Below are positions 10,236-22,200 of a stretch of DNA of 64,000 nt, piece after piece; position 1 is the first letter of the stretch, and each line of letters starts with the position of its first letter. Source of the DNA: an uncultured delta proteobacterium (lineage in GTDB: Bacteria; Desulfobacterota; Binatia; Binatales; Binataceae); contig CAVXXK010000001.1 of the NCBI GenBank assembly GCA_963765675.1, positions 736,001 through 800,000 of the forward strand. The letters run 5' to 3'. The notes under the pieces are model-generated. The model was given only the letters and a program-made list of their open reading frames with translations, had not been told where the DNA came from and searched no databases. Position numbers and translations under genes: made by a program.

Positions 10236-11521
10236 ATGGAGCCGGACGAAATCGAAATAGCACCCTTAACCCGGCCGCTCGCGGCGCGGATTGAACTGCC
10301 CGGCTCCAAGAGCATCACCAACCGCGCGATGCTGCTGGCGGCGATGGCGAAAGGCCGCTCGGTGATCGACGCGGCATTGCTCAGCGACGATACGCGCTAC
10401 ATGGCTGACGCTTTGCGCACGCTTGGCTTCGCGGTGGAAATCGAACCCAAAATTCGGCGCATCACGATCGACGGCCAGGGCGGCGCGATCGCGTCGAGCG
10501 GCGCGGACCTGTTCGTCGGCGGCGCGGGCACGGCAATGCGCTTCCTGGTGCCGTTCCTGACGCTTGGGCATGGACGCTTCCGGATCGACGGGAACTCTCG
10601 CATGCGCCAACGGCCGATTGCGCCTCTCGGGCAGGCGATGCAGCGACTGGGCGCGACGATCTATAGCGAGCGCGACAACCGCTGCCCACCGGTTATAGTC
10701 GATACAACGCGCGCAGTGTTCGCCGGGGGCGAGACCTCGATCGACGCGCGCGATTCTTCGCAATTTGTCTCCGCGATGCTGATGCCGGCACCGCTGTGGC
10801 CGCGCGGATTGGTCCTTACGGTGCAAGGCGACGCGGCGCGTCCGTTTATCGCGATGACTCTCGCCTTGATGGAGTCGTGGGGGGCGCGCAGCTCTTCCGA
10901 AGGCGACACGATCACGGTCCCGGGCTGGCAGTCGTATCGCGCGCAGCGATTTTTCGTCGAACCCGACGCGTCTGCCGCAAGCTATTTCGCGGCGGCTGCT
11001 GCGCTATGCGGCGGCAGCGTCACGCTCGAGCGGCTTTCGCGCGACTCGGTGCAGGGCGATATCGCATTTCTCGAGTTGCTCGAGCGGATGGGCGCCCGGG
11101 TCGCATGGGGCACAGACAGCGTCACGATAACCGGCACCGGCGCGCTCGCCGGAATAGATGTTGCGATGAACTCGATGCCGGACATGGTCGCGACGCTCGC
11201 GGCTCTCGCGCCGTTCGCCTCGTCGCCCACGCGCATCCGCAGCGTCGGATTTATCCGCCATCACGAGAGCGACCGGATTCATGCGCTCGCTACCGAGCTC
11301 CGCCGAATCGGCGCCGGAGTCGAGGAATTCGAAGACGGACTCGCGATCACGCCCGCAAAGTTGAGGCCGCATCGATCGAAACCTACGACGATCATCGCAT
11401 AGCGATGAGCTTCGCGATCGCGGGGCTGAAACTCGCGGGCCTTCGAATCAAGAACCCCGCCTGTGTGGCCAAAACCTTCCCCGACTTCTTCGAGCGCCTG
11501 GAAACGCTCCGCATCGGCTGA
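10236..11521 (+). CDS. aroA: 3-phosphoshikimate 1-carboxyvinyltransferase; apparent frameshift ~11367
   Basis: [31 protein letters not shown] in one frame; [21 protein letters not shown] in the next. Confidence 0.93.
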
Positions 11522-11535
11522 CGGCTCGGGCGGGT

Positions 11536-12018
11536 TCACGCGTTGCGCGCCGCCAGCAACTTCCCTGCGCGAACTTTCGCGGCGATCTTCGCGACCCGCG
11601 GACTCTCGATGGTATTGTGACGAGGGAGTTTGTCGCCGGGCTTGTACCACTTGATCTGTGACTCGACTCCCCAGTGCGCATCGGGCACGACTCCCCCCGG
11701 ATCATCGAGGCTGCCGATAGTGACCAGAATCCTCTCAGCGTGTTCGATACTTTCGCACGTCAACGGCGAGCCGCATCGCGCACAGAATCCGCGATGAGCA
11801 ATCGGTGAGGACTGGTAGCGCTTGGGCCGGCCACGGGTGAAATGAAAATTTTCTACCGGAAATCCGGCGAAGGTGCCAAATACATTGCCGACGCTGCGCT
11901 GGCACATCCTGCAGTGGCAGTACGCTGCTCCCGAGGGAGCCACGCTCGCCTCGTAGCGCACCGCGCCGCATAGGCATCCGCCTGTCGCCTTCACCTTTCT
12001 GATTTTTCGTGTCGCCAT
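11536..12018 (-). CDS. GFA / CENP-V family protein
   Basis: GGCLCGAVRY, CHCRMCQR, RGFCARCGSPL. Confidence 0.88.
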   Translation of the reverse strand: MATRKIRKVKATGGCLCGAVRYEASVAPSGAAYCHCRMCQRSVGNVFGTFAGFPVENFHFTRGRPKRYQSSPIAHRGFCARCGSPLTCESIEHAERILVTIGSLDDPGGVVPDAHWGVESQIKWYKPGDKLPRHNTIESPRVAKIAAKVRAGKLLAARNA

Positions 12019-12127
12019 TATCGGAGAATAAGAGGGCGCCGCTTCAATTGAAAGTATGCGATTCATTTGAGGTGCGGCGCGAACGGGCAGGATTTTCGCG
12101 CAGCGATAGCGAGAAAATCGTAGCGAG

Positions 12128-12637
12128 TCAGTTTGAGGTTCGATACTTAGCATCATTGCCGTAAGCGTCCAGAAAAGCGGCAATGTCGCGGCGGCTGGTC
12201 AATCTGCAGACCGGCACATCCGGCCCGTGAGAAACTCTAGTCGTCTCAATTATGGGGCGGTTGACCCGGTCAAATTTCCAGATGAACGCCAGTACTTCGG
12301 GGAGTTTGCCTACTCGATGAGCCTCGCCGCGTTTGGACACGCGCGTGATTGCACGCCAAGCGCAGGACAGCCTTGAGCGCTCGAGCCAAATCACCATCGT
12401 CGCGCGAGATAATCGGATATCAAAAGTCGCCAGTGCAAAATTACCGTCGCTGATCCACGCATCAACTGCATGCGCCTTCTTTACTAAGGTCCGGAACGTG
12501 GGGACGTCCTTCGCTTCCCAATGGGACTGCCAAATTTCGTCCAGACAGATAACGGGCGCGCCTGCGCGTTCGCCAAGCTCCCGCGCCAAAGTGGTCTTTC
12601 CACTGCCAGCGCAACCCAGGATGACGATTCGCGCCAT
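12128..12637 (-). CDS. adenylate-kinase-like P-loop protein (topology modulation protein / FlaR family)
   Basis: ILGCAGSGKTTLA, LDEIW, WISDGNF. Confidence 0.8.
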   Translation of the reverse strand: MARIVILGCAGSGKTTLARELGERAGAPVICLDEIWQSHWEAKDVPTFRTLVKKAHAVDAWISDGNFALATFDIRLSRATMVIWLERSRLSCAWRAITRVSKRGEAHRVGKLPEVLAFIWKFDRVNRPIIETTRVSHGPDVPVCRLTSRRDIAAFLDAYGNDAKYRTSN

Positions 12638-12739
12638 GATTGTCGGCTGCCGCAGGATTTGCGCTAGGTCAATGACTCTCGTTCTTAGGCTGACTCACTA
12701 CCGAAAATCGACACCACCCGGCAGGTGGATGCGCGACGA

Positions 12740-13165
12740 TCAGTGGCCCGCGCGAGGCGAGGAGCCTGATGCGGAGGCGCGGGCGCGGGCTAGCATCAGC
12801 GCGTCTTCCGCGGCGGGATAGTCGGGATCGTAGAAACTCATCGCGGCGATCTTCTGGTCGGCGGCTTGCTCGTCGGCAGCCGCTGCGGCGCGATCGATCG
12901 AGGCCGGAGCTTCTGCGCCACTTGCCAGCACCGTCATCGCGCCATCTTTGACCTCGGCCAGTCCGCCCGAGATTACCCATACTTCCGTTGCACCACCAAC
13001 GCGCTTGATTTCGAGCGCGCCCGGCAGGAGCGAGGTGATGAAGTTGATGTGCTCGGCGAGGACGCCGAACTGCCCGAGCGGCCCGGTCGCGGTGACCTCT
13101 TCGACGTCGCCCTCGAAGACGACGCCGGTGGGAGTTACGAGCTGGAGCGGAAAAGTAGTCGCCAT
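12740..13165 (-). CDS. atpC: ATP synthase F1 epsilon subunit
   Basis: LQLVTPTG, GQFGVLAEH, ISGGLAEV; last gene of the atp operon. Confidence 0.93.
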   Translation of the reverse strand: MATTFPLQLVTPTGVVFEGDVEEVTATGPLGQFGVLAEHINFITSLLPGALEIKRVGGATEVWVISGGLAEVKDGAMTVLASGAEAPASIDRAAAAADEQAADQKIAAMSFYDPDYPAAEDALMLARARASASGSSPRAGH

Positions 13166-13185
13166 CGCCGATTGCCGCTGATGCG

Positions 13186-15514
<2,329 letters not shown>

Positions 15515-15538
15515 CGTCTATACGCCCGCGCGCACCGC

Positions 15539-17089
15539 CTACGCGGCTGTCGCAGATGGCGGAGAATCCTTGGCATGCTCGGCAATGAAGGACTTCTGGT
15601 ACTCGTCGAGCGCGGCTTTAAGCTTGCCGCGCAGCGCGTCGCTGATCTCTTTCTTGTCGCGGATTTCGGTCAGCAGATCCGCGTGGCGCGAGTCGAAATT
15701 CGCATAGAGCCCGTGCTCGAAGGCGCGAATCTGCTCGACCTCGAGCGCGTCGAAATAGCCTTCGTTCGCGGCAAACACGATCAGGACTTCCTTGTCCACG
15801 GTGATCGGATCGTACTGATTCTGCTTCAGCATCTCGGTCAGCCGCGCGCCGCGATTCAGCAGCCGCTGCGAAGCGGGATCGAGGTCGGAGCCGAACTGGG
15901 CGAACGCCGCCATCTCGCGGTATTGCGCGAGGTCGAGCTTGAGCGTGCCGCCGACCTGCTTCATCGCCTTGATCGCGGCAGAGAACATCACGCGTGAAAC
16001 CGAGATCCCAACATTAACGGCGGGCCTCACGTTCGAGTTGAACAGATCCTTGTCGAGCACGATCTGCCCGTCGGTAATCGAGATGACGTTGGTCGGGATA
16101 TAGGCCGAGACGTCGCCTTCCTGGGTTTCGATAATCGGCAGTGCGGTCAGCGAGCCGCCGCCATTTTCCTTGCTCATCTTGGCGGCGCGTTCGAGCAGCC
16201 GTGAATGGAGATAAAACACGTCGCCGGGATACGCCTCGCGTCCGGGAGGACGGCGCAGCAGCAGCGAGAGCTGGCGATAGGCCTGAGCGTGCTTGCTCAG
16301 ATCGTCGTACACCAGCAACGCGTGCTTCCCGTTGTCGCGAAAGTATTCGCCGATCGTGCATCCCGAGTACGGCGCGATAAATTGCAGCGGCGCGGCCTCC
16401 GAGGCGGTCGCCGCGACGATCGTGGTGTATTCGAGCGCGCCGTGACTGGCGAGCTTTTCGACCACTTGCGCGACGGTCGAGCGCTTCTGTCCGATCGCGA
16501 CGTAGATGCACTGCACGCCTTGACCGCGCTGATTGATGATTGTGTCGATCGCGATTGCGGTCTTGCCGGTCTGGCGGTCGCCGATGATCAGTTCGCGCTG
16601 TCCACGGCCGATACAGAGCATCGAGTCGATCGCCTTGATCCCGGTCTGCATCGGCTCTTTGACCGGCGCGCGTGCGATGATTCCCGGCGCCTTGATCTCG
16701 ATTCGGCGCGTCTCGGACGACTTGATCGGTCCCTTGTCGTCGATTGGCTGGCCGAGCGCGTTAACAACCCGCCCAAGCAGCGCGTCGCCTACGGGCACTT
16801 CGGCAATTCGGCCGGTGCGCTTGACCTCGTCGCCCTCGCGAATCTCCTGCGGATCGCCGAACAGAGCGGCGCTGACGTTGTCCTCTTCGAGGTTGAGGAC
16901 GATCCCATAGATCTGATGCGGGAATTCGAGCAGCTCGCCCGAAGCCGCGTTGTCCAGCCCGTAGATTCGCGCGATACCGTCGCCGCAGGAGAGCACGCGG
17001 CCGGTTTCGCGAACGGAAATCTGGCCTTCGAAGCCCTTGATTTCGTTCTTCAGAATCTCGCTGATTTCAGATGGTCGAATGTCCGCCAT
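15539..17089 (-). CDS. atpA: ATP synthase F1 alpha subunit
   Basis: [31 protein letters not shown]. Confidence 0.98.
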   Translation of the reverse strand: MADIRPSEISEILKNEIKGFEGQISVRETGRVLSCGDGIARIYGLDNAASGELLEFPHQIYGIVLNLEEDNVSAALFGDPQEIREGDEVKRTGRIAEVPVGDALLGRVVNALGQPIDDKGPIKSSETRRIEIKAPGIIARAPVKEPMQTGIKAIDSMLCIGRGQRELIIGDRQTGKTAIAIDTIINQRGQGVQCIYVAIGQKRSTVAQVVEKLASHGALEYTTIVAATASEAAPLQFIAPYSGCTIGEYFRDNGKHALLVYDDLSKHAQAYRQLSLLLRRPPGREAYPGDVFYLHSRLLERAAKMSKENGGGSLTALPIIETQEGDVSAYIPTNVISITDGQIVLDKDLFNSNVRPAVNVGISVSRVMFSAAIKAMKQVGGTLKLDLAQYREMAAFAQFGSDLDPASQRLLNRGARLTEMLKQNQYDPITVDKEVLIVFAANEGYFDALEVEQIRAFEHGLYANFDSRHADLLTEIRDKKEISDALRGKLKAALDEYQKSFIAEHAKDSPPSATAA

Positions 17090-17104
17090 AAATGAGTTTT
17101 CCGC

Positions 17105-17644
17105 TCAGACTTGACCGGCTAGCCGCTGCTGCGCGAGTGCGAGCCGCGTCGCAAGGCTGCCGTCGTAAATTTTTCCACCGAGTTCGGCCACCACTCCGCC
17201 CAACAGATCCTTATCGACCTTGACGGTCGGAATTATTTTCTTGCCCGCGATTCCTTCGAGCCCCGCGACCACCCGTGCAACCTCAGCGTCGCCGGGCGCG
17301 ACCGCGAAGGTCAGTGTCGCCCGCGCGCGCGAGAGCATCTCGTCAAGCTGATCGCGATACGCCTGGGCGATCGCGGCGATCTCATCAATCCGGCGATGAC
17401 GCGCGATCACCACCGCGAACGAGCGCAGCGGAAAACTTAAGTTCAGCGTCTCAGCGATTTTCGCCATCGCCTCGCGCCGCGCCGTCTCGCTGATTTCCGG
17501 CGAAGTCAGGCGCGCGATCAGCTCGGGCGAATCGACCATCGCGGCCAGCCGATCGAGCTCGTGGCCCCAATTCTCGGCCTGCCCGCGCTCCGCAATTTCC
17601 AGCAGCGCGCGCGCATAGCGCTTGGCGACGCGAGAGCCTTTCAT
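17105..17644 (-). CDS. atpH: ATP synthase F1 delta subunit
   Basis: VAKRYARAL, LLGGVV...IYDGSL; operon position. Confidence 0.93.
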   Translation of the reverse strand: MKGSRVAKRYARALLEIAERGQAENWGHELDRLAAMVDSPELIARLTSPEISETARREAMAKIAETLNLSFPLRSFAVVIARHRRIDEIAAIAQAYRDQLDEMLSRARATLTFAVAPGDAEVARVVAGLEGIAGKKIIPTVKVDKDLLGGVVAELGGKIYDGSLATRLALAQQRLAGQV

Positions 17645-18225
17645 CGCCGCCCCTCCTGTCCGAGCTTGTCCATGAAGCCTTCGATGAGCCGGCCCTGGTC
17701 GTCGCCGCTGAAGTTGCGCGCGATCGACTCGTGCGCATGCGTAGCCGCCGCCGCGGCGAGCCGTTCGCGCACCCGGCGCTGAGCAGCTTCGGTCATTGCG
17801 GCCGCGGTCATCTGGCTGTCGTGCTTCAGGCGTTCGCTATGCGCCTTCGCAAGCTCGCGTATTCGCGCGAGCTGGTAATTGGTCTGAGCGTCGAATTCGG
17901 CCTCGATCCGTGCGAGCTCCGACTCGAGCGCCGCCTTGCGCGCCTCAGCCGCGCGGGCAAGGGCATCGGCTTCTGCGAGCGCGCTTTCGGCCTTTCCAAG
18001 ACTCGCTCGAATCGACGCGGCGCGGTCGGTGAAGAAGCTGCGCGCCATCGGAACCGCATAGTAGATGAGGATAAACAAAAACGCGACGAAGTTCGCCGCG
18101 AAAAACCCGAGAGTCAGCCACGATCCCTTAGGTTCGGCGCCGGACTCCGCTGCGCGCGCGACCGCGGGCATCAGCGCGCCGGCGGCAAGCACAATCAGAG
18201 AGATCTTATAAAAGGATCGCTTCAT
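17641..18225 (-). CDS. atpF: ATP synthase F0 subunit b
   Basis: N-terminal extension, TM helix (ANFVAFLFIL), long coiled coil; overlaps the atpH start. Confidence 0.88.
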   Translation of the reverse strand: MKRSFYKISLIVLAAGALMPAVARAAESGAEPKGSWLTLGFFAANFVAFLFILIYYAVPMARSFFTDRAASIRASLGKAESALAEADALARAAEARKAALESELARIEAEFDAQTNYQLARIRELAKAHSERLKHDSQMTAAAMTEAAQRRVRERLAAAAATHAHESIARNFSGDDQGRLIEGFMDKLGQEGRR

Positions 18226-18240
18226 CTCAGTTGTTCAGGC

Positions 18241-18696
18241 TCAATTATTCGATCCCGGCGCGCCGTCAACCGGACGGCCCAGAATACGCACCGCTAACTC
18301 CGCGCCTAGGTTATGGCTCATCGCTTCGAGCTGCTGTTCGGATTCCTTCAGTTCGCTCTCGAGCTTGACGCGCGCCGCTTCCAGTGCGGCGTGCGCTTCG
18401 GCTTTCGCCGCATCCAGTAATTCCGAGGCTTCGGCCTCTGCCGAGCGGCGATGCGACTCGCGCATCGCGATCGCCTCGCGGCGGATCTCGGCGATGCGTT
18501 TTTCGCGCTCGTCGTCATCGGTGCGCGACTCTCGCAGGAGTTGTTCGGTGCGATCGCTCAAGCTTTGAAACCGCTCTTCCCGTTGCGCCAGAAGATTCAG
18601 GAACGGGCGGAAAAACAACCGGCTGAATATAAACCAGAAAACCAGAAACGACACAATCAGGACGAAAAATGTCCCCCAGTTCGGTGGGATATGCAT
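18241..18696 (-). CDS. ATP synthase F0 subunit b'
   Basis: TM helix then LFFRPFL...R, coiled coil, ends RILGRPV. Confidence 0.85.
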   Translation of the reverse strand: MHIPPNWGTFFVLIVSFLVFWFIFSRLFFRPFLNLLAQREERFQSLSDRTEQLLRESRTDDDEREKRIAEIRREAIAMRESHRRSAEAEASELLDAAKAEAHAALEAARVKLESELKESEQQLEAMSHNLGAELAVRILGRPVDGAPGSNN

Positions 18697-18780
18697 TTTA
18701 CGGCGTCTCCCCGGCGGGGCTTCTGAATAGCGATGGCATCGGAGATGACAGGGACGGGCGCTTGCGGCCGGCCGCGAAGA

Positions 18781-19341
18781 TCAGGCCTGCTTCTGCCCTC
18801 CGGCGGCGGCCTGTAGCGGCCGCTCCTCCTTGGGAAAAACGGTAACCTTGCGGTCCTCGCGCACGCCCTCGGGCTGCATCGAGCAGTGCCCCTCGAACTG
18901 CGCGCCTTCATGGACCACCAGAACGGGAGCGCTCAGATTTCCGATCACCTTGGCCGATGGACGAATCTCGATCCGCTGGGTCGCGACGATATCGCCGCTG
19001 ACCTTGCCGCCAACCACCACCGACGCGGCGCGGATTTGCGCCGTGACCGTCGCGCTCTCGCCGATCGCGATACTTTCCTTGGCGGTAATCTCGCCGTCGA
19101 CCTCACCGTCGATTCGCGCCGGACCATCGAACGAAAGCTTGCCACTGACCTTCGAGCCGCGGTCGAGATAGGCTCGTCCTTCCGCCTGCGCTGCTGGACG
19201 CGTTTGCGCTTGCGGAGCAGGCGCAGATGCGGGAGAGGACTGCGCCAGAACAGGATTCTGCGGCGATGGCGATGCCGAGGGCGTCGGTACCGATCCGGGC
19301 TTTGTAGGGGTCTTTTCGGGCTCTTTATTGAATAGCGCCAT
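18781..19341 (-). CDS. bactofilin (polymer-forming cytoskeletal protein)
   Basis: GKLSFDGPARIDGEVDGEI...VHEGAQFEGHCSM; Pro-rich N-terminal tail. Confidence 0.9.
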   Translation of the reverse strand: MALFNKEPEKTPTKPGSVPTPSASPSPQNPVLAQSSPASAPAPQAQTRPAAQAEGRAYLDRGSKVSGKLSFDGPARIDGEVDGEITAKESIAIGESATVTAQIRAASVVVGGKVSGDIVATQRIEIRPSAKVIGNLSAPVLVVHEGAQFEGHCSMQPEGVREDRKVTVFPKEERPLQAAAGGQKQA

Positions 19342-19402
19342 CGCAAACCGCTCCTCGGCGAGAGACAGCTCCCGCCTACAGAAAATATGAGCTTCCGCAT
19401 GG

Positions 19403-19431
19403 CTAATATCCAATGTAATTGAGGGTGTCAA
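19403..19431 (-). promoter_or_regulatory. putative sigma70 promoter for the bactofilin-atp operon
   Basis: TTGACA-17 nt-TATTAG on the minus strand. Confidence 0.45.
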
Positions 19432-19664
19432 ATTATCGGCGCATCATGGACAAGCACAGATTCAGGCCGCGCGGCTCCGCACGCTCGATAGGCACCTGAA
19501 ATGCCAGCAAAACCGCTCGAATACGGCGTTCACCGGCTCTCGCGATTAGCCTCGCTGCGGTCACGGTTGTAGTTTGGGCGATAACTTCGGAAGCATCCGC
19601 GCCTGATGCCGGAGACTCCCGCCAACTCGCGCAGTCGGCTTCCTGATCAAAGGAGACTCAAATC

Positions 19665-20063
19665 ATGGCGACGATACCGGACAAGTTCCACGACCTTATC
19701 CACGTCAAGAAAACCTTCGCGCACCTGGCCACCGTGATGAAGGACGGCTCTCCTCAAGTGACGCCGGTATGGTTCGATGAGGTTGGCGGAAAGATTCGGA
19801 TCAATACCGCGCGCGGCCGCGTGAAGGATCGCAACCTCAAGCCCGGCGTGCGCGTCGCGCTGTCGATCCTCGACCCTGACGATCCCTATCGCTATGTGCA
19901 GATTCGCGGAACCGTCGTAAGCGAGACCGAGCAGGGCGCGGCCGCTCATATCGATTCGCTGGCGAAGAAGTATCTCGATCGCGACAAGTACCCGTTTCAC
20001 GATCCCGCGCATGCGCGCGTGATCTACGAGATCGAGCCGACCTCGTTCCAAAGCAACCGCTAG
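19665..20063 (+). CDS. PPOX class F420-dependent oxidoreductase family protein
   Basis: AHLATVMKDGSPQVTPVWF, NTARGRVKDRN, DPDDPYRYVQIRG. Confidence 0.88.
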   Translation: MATIPDKFHDLIHVKKTFAHLATVMKDGSPQVTPVWFDEVGGKIRINTARGRVKDRNLKPGVRVALSILDPDDPYRYVQIRGTVVSETEQGAAAHIDSLAKKYLDRDKYPFHDPAHARVIYEIEPTSFQSNR

Positions 20064-20084
20064 CCGATTGGCTCCGCTGCGAAG

Positions 20085-20279
20085 CTAGATTCGTCCTGGC
20101 GGGGTGCGCTCGATCGTCTCTCCGCAAGTTGAGCCGCACTGCGGGCACAGGTATTCGTACTTGTCGCCCTCCGGCAGGACCAGGAGCAGTCGCTTGCGCA
20201 CCGGTACCGCCCGCTTGCATTTAGGGCACGCGAGCAGGGACGCCTCCATCCGCTCGAACGACGGCCGCCGCTGCTCCAT
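20085..20279 (-). CDS. small zinc-ribbon protein, function unknown
   Basis: CPKC...RKRLLLVLPEGDKYEYLCPQCG two-CxxC pattern. Confidence 0.7.
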   Translation of the reverse strand: MEQRRPSFERMEASLLACPKCKRAVPVRKRLLLVLPEGDKYEYLCPQCGSTCGETIERTPPGRI

Positions 20280-20388
20280 CGCGGGATACATCCTCCAGGT
20301 ACAAAAATAATTTCCCGCGCCCGATCCGCGCAACCCCTCTGGCGTTGTCTCGCCGCACCCCTGCGGCCTAAGATTTGTCCTCATCGCG

Positions 20389-21714
20389 ATGCAACCGAAT
20401 CCTAAACAGGTGCGGCAGCCGAAAGTCTATCTCGAGACCTACGGATGCCAGATGAATGTCGCCGACTCGCAGACGGTGAGCGCGATCATGCGCCGCGCCG
20501 GGTACGCCAGCGCCGAGCGCCCCGAAGACGCCGACGTGATCCTGCTCAACACCTGCGCGATTCGCGAACACGCCGAGGAGCGCGTGCTCGGGCGCCTGGG
20601 CGCCCTGGCGCGCCTCAAGCGCGCGCGGCCCGAGATCAAGCTCGGGCTCCTTGGATGCATGGCGCAGCATAATCGTGCCGCGATTTCCGAGAAGGCGGCG
20701 TACCTCGATCTGATCGCCGGACCCGACAGCTATCGCCGATTGCCGGAGCTGCTCGCACGCGCGGGCCTCGATCCGGCGGTCGACGTCCGCCTCGATCGTG
20801 CCGAGACGTACGCCGACATCAGCGCCGAACACGACGGCGGCGTGCGCGCCTACGTCACGATCATGCGCGGATGCGACAAGTTCTGCACCTTCTGCGTCGT
20901 GCCTTACGTGCGCGGACGCGAGCGCTCGATCGCTCCCGCCGACCTGATGCGCGAGATTCGCGGCCTCGCCGATCGGGGCGTGAAGGAAATCGTGATGCTT
21001 GGGCAGACGGTCAACGCCTACCGCGTCGGCGATACCGACTTCGCGGCGTTGCTCAAAATGACCGCGCGAATCGACGGGATCGAGCGAATCCGCTTCACCT
21101 CGCCGCATCCAAGCGACATGAGCGACGCCGCTATCGAAGCAATCGCGACCGAACCGAAGGTGATGCCGCACCTGCATCTGCCGGTGCAGTCGGGCTCGGA
21201 CCGCATCCTCGCCGCGATGGATCGCAGTTACACAGTCGATAAATATCTCGCGTTGGTAGCGAAAGTCCGCGCAGCAGTCCCCGGAATAGCGCTTACCACT
21301 GACATAATAGTAGGTTTTCACGGCGAAGACGAAAGCGGTTTCGAAGCGACCCTCGCACTGATGCGCACCGTCCGTTTCGATCAGGCATTCTCATTCAAAT
21401 ACTCAGTCCGCGAGAACACGCGAGCCTATCGCCTCGGCGACACGGTGAGCGACGAAGAGAAAGGCCGCCGTATAGGCGCAGTAATCTCACTTCAAGAAAC
21501 GATCTCGCTAGAGCGTAATCGCGCCACCGTCGGTCGCACCTATCCAGTCCTGATAGAAGGCCCCGCGCGCCGCGGCGAAGGCCTACTGGCCGGCAAAACC
21601 CCCCAATTCAAAACCGCAATCTTCCCCAGCACATACTCAGTCGCGATCGGCGAAACAGTCCCAGTACGAATCGACTCCGCCAACGGCCACACGCTAACCG
21701 GCTCGATCATGTAA
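20389..21714 (+). CDS. miaB: tRNA-2-methylthio-N6-dimethylallyladenosine synthase
   Basis: TYGCQMN, NTCAIRE, GCMAQ, GCDKFCTFCVVP radical SAM motif, C-terminal TRAM. Confidence 0.96.
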   Translation: MQPNPKQVRQPKVYLETYGCQMNVADSQTVSAIMRRAGYASAERPEDADVILLNTCAIREHAEERVLGRLGALARLKRARPEIKLGLLGCMAQHNRAAISEKAAYLDLIAGPDSYRRLPELLARAGLDPAVDVRLDRAETYADISAEHDGGVRAYVTIMRGCDKFCTFCVVPYVRGRERSIAPADLMREIRGLADRGVKEIVMLGQTVNAYRVGDTDFAALLKMTARIDGIERIRFTSPHPSDMSDAAIEAIATEPKVMPHLHLPVQSGSDRILAAMDRSYTVDKYLALVAKVRAAVPGIALTTDIIVGFHGEDESGFEATLALMRTVRFDQAFSFKYSVRENTRAYRLGDTVSDEEKGRRIGAVISLQETISLERNRATVGRTYPVLIEGPARRGEGLLAGKTPQFKTAIFPSTYSVAIGETVPVRIDSANGHTLTGSIM

Positions 21715-21776
21715 TGCACGCGCCCTTCTTTGAGGAAGTCGAGTCACAGACGCGATTAATGAATGCACATCTATCA

Positions 21777-21805
21777 GGTCTTGATGTCTTCGTGTCTTTG
21801 TGGCC
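21777..21805. repeat. single right arm of the palindromic repeat family
   Basis: GTCTTGATGTCTTCGTGTCTTTGTGGCC closely matches the right arm at ~38626-38649. Confidence 0.65.
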
Positions 21806-21815
21806 GATTGGATAG

Positions 21816-22181
21816 TCACTGTGGTGAAGCTGCGACAGACGCTGGCTGCGTGGAATGGCTGGCTAGGATTCCGTTTGGATCGAATTTAAGCGTTAGCTTG
21901 TTTTGTACTTGGGTTGCCGCTTGGAGCGAATGAGTATTCGTGGCGACGGGTTCCGGATTCAGCATATAGACTACTGTTCGGCTGCCGTCTTGATCGCCGT
22001 AGTCCTGGTAGGGTTCGCCCATACCGGCGATCACTTGAGCATAGGTAGTCGCTCCGTCTTGCAGAGTGGCTGCGTTCGAGGCGGGATTTTGTTTCGCCGC
22101 GCTACCGCATCCCGCGCAGATCGCGATCAGCGCAGCGAGGATCGAGATTGGAATCAGTCTTCTGGGTATCGCTTTGGCCAT
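21816..22181 (-). CDS. small lipoprotein, SmpA/BamE-like fold suspected
   Basis: Lipobox CAGC; TTYAQVIAGMGEP...VVY...LTLKFDPNGIL pattern. Confidence 0.6.
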   Translation of the reverse strand: MAKAIPRRLIPISILAALIAICAGCGSAAKQNPASNAATLQDGATTYAQVIAGMGEPYQDYGDQDGSRTVVYMLNPEPVATNTHSLQAATQVQNKLTLKFDPNGILASHSTQPASVAASPQ

Positions 22182-22200
22182 CGCAGTTCTCCCCCGCGAA

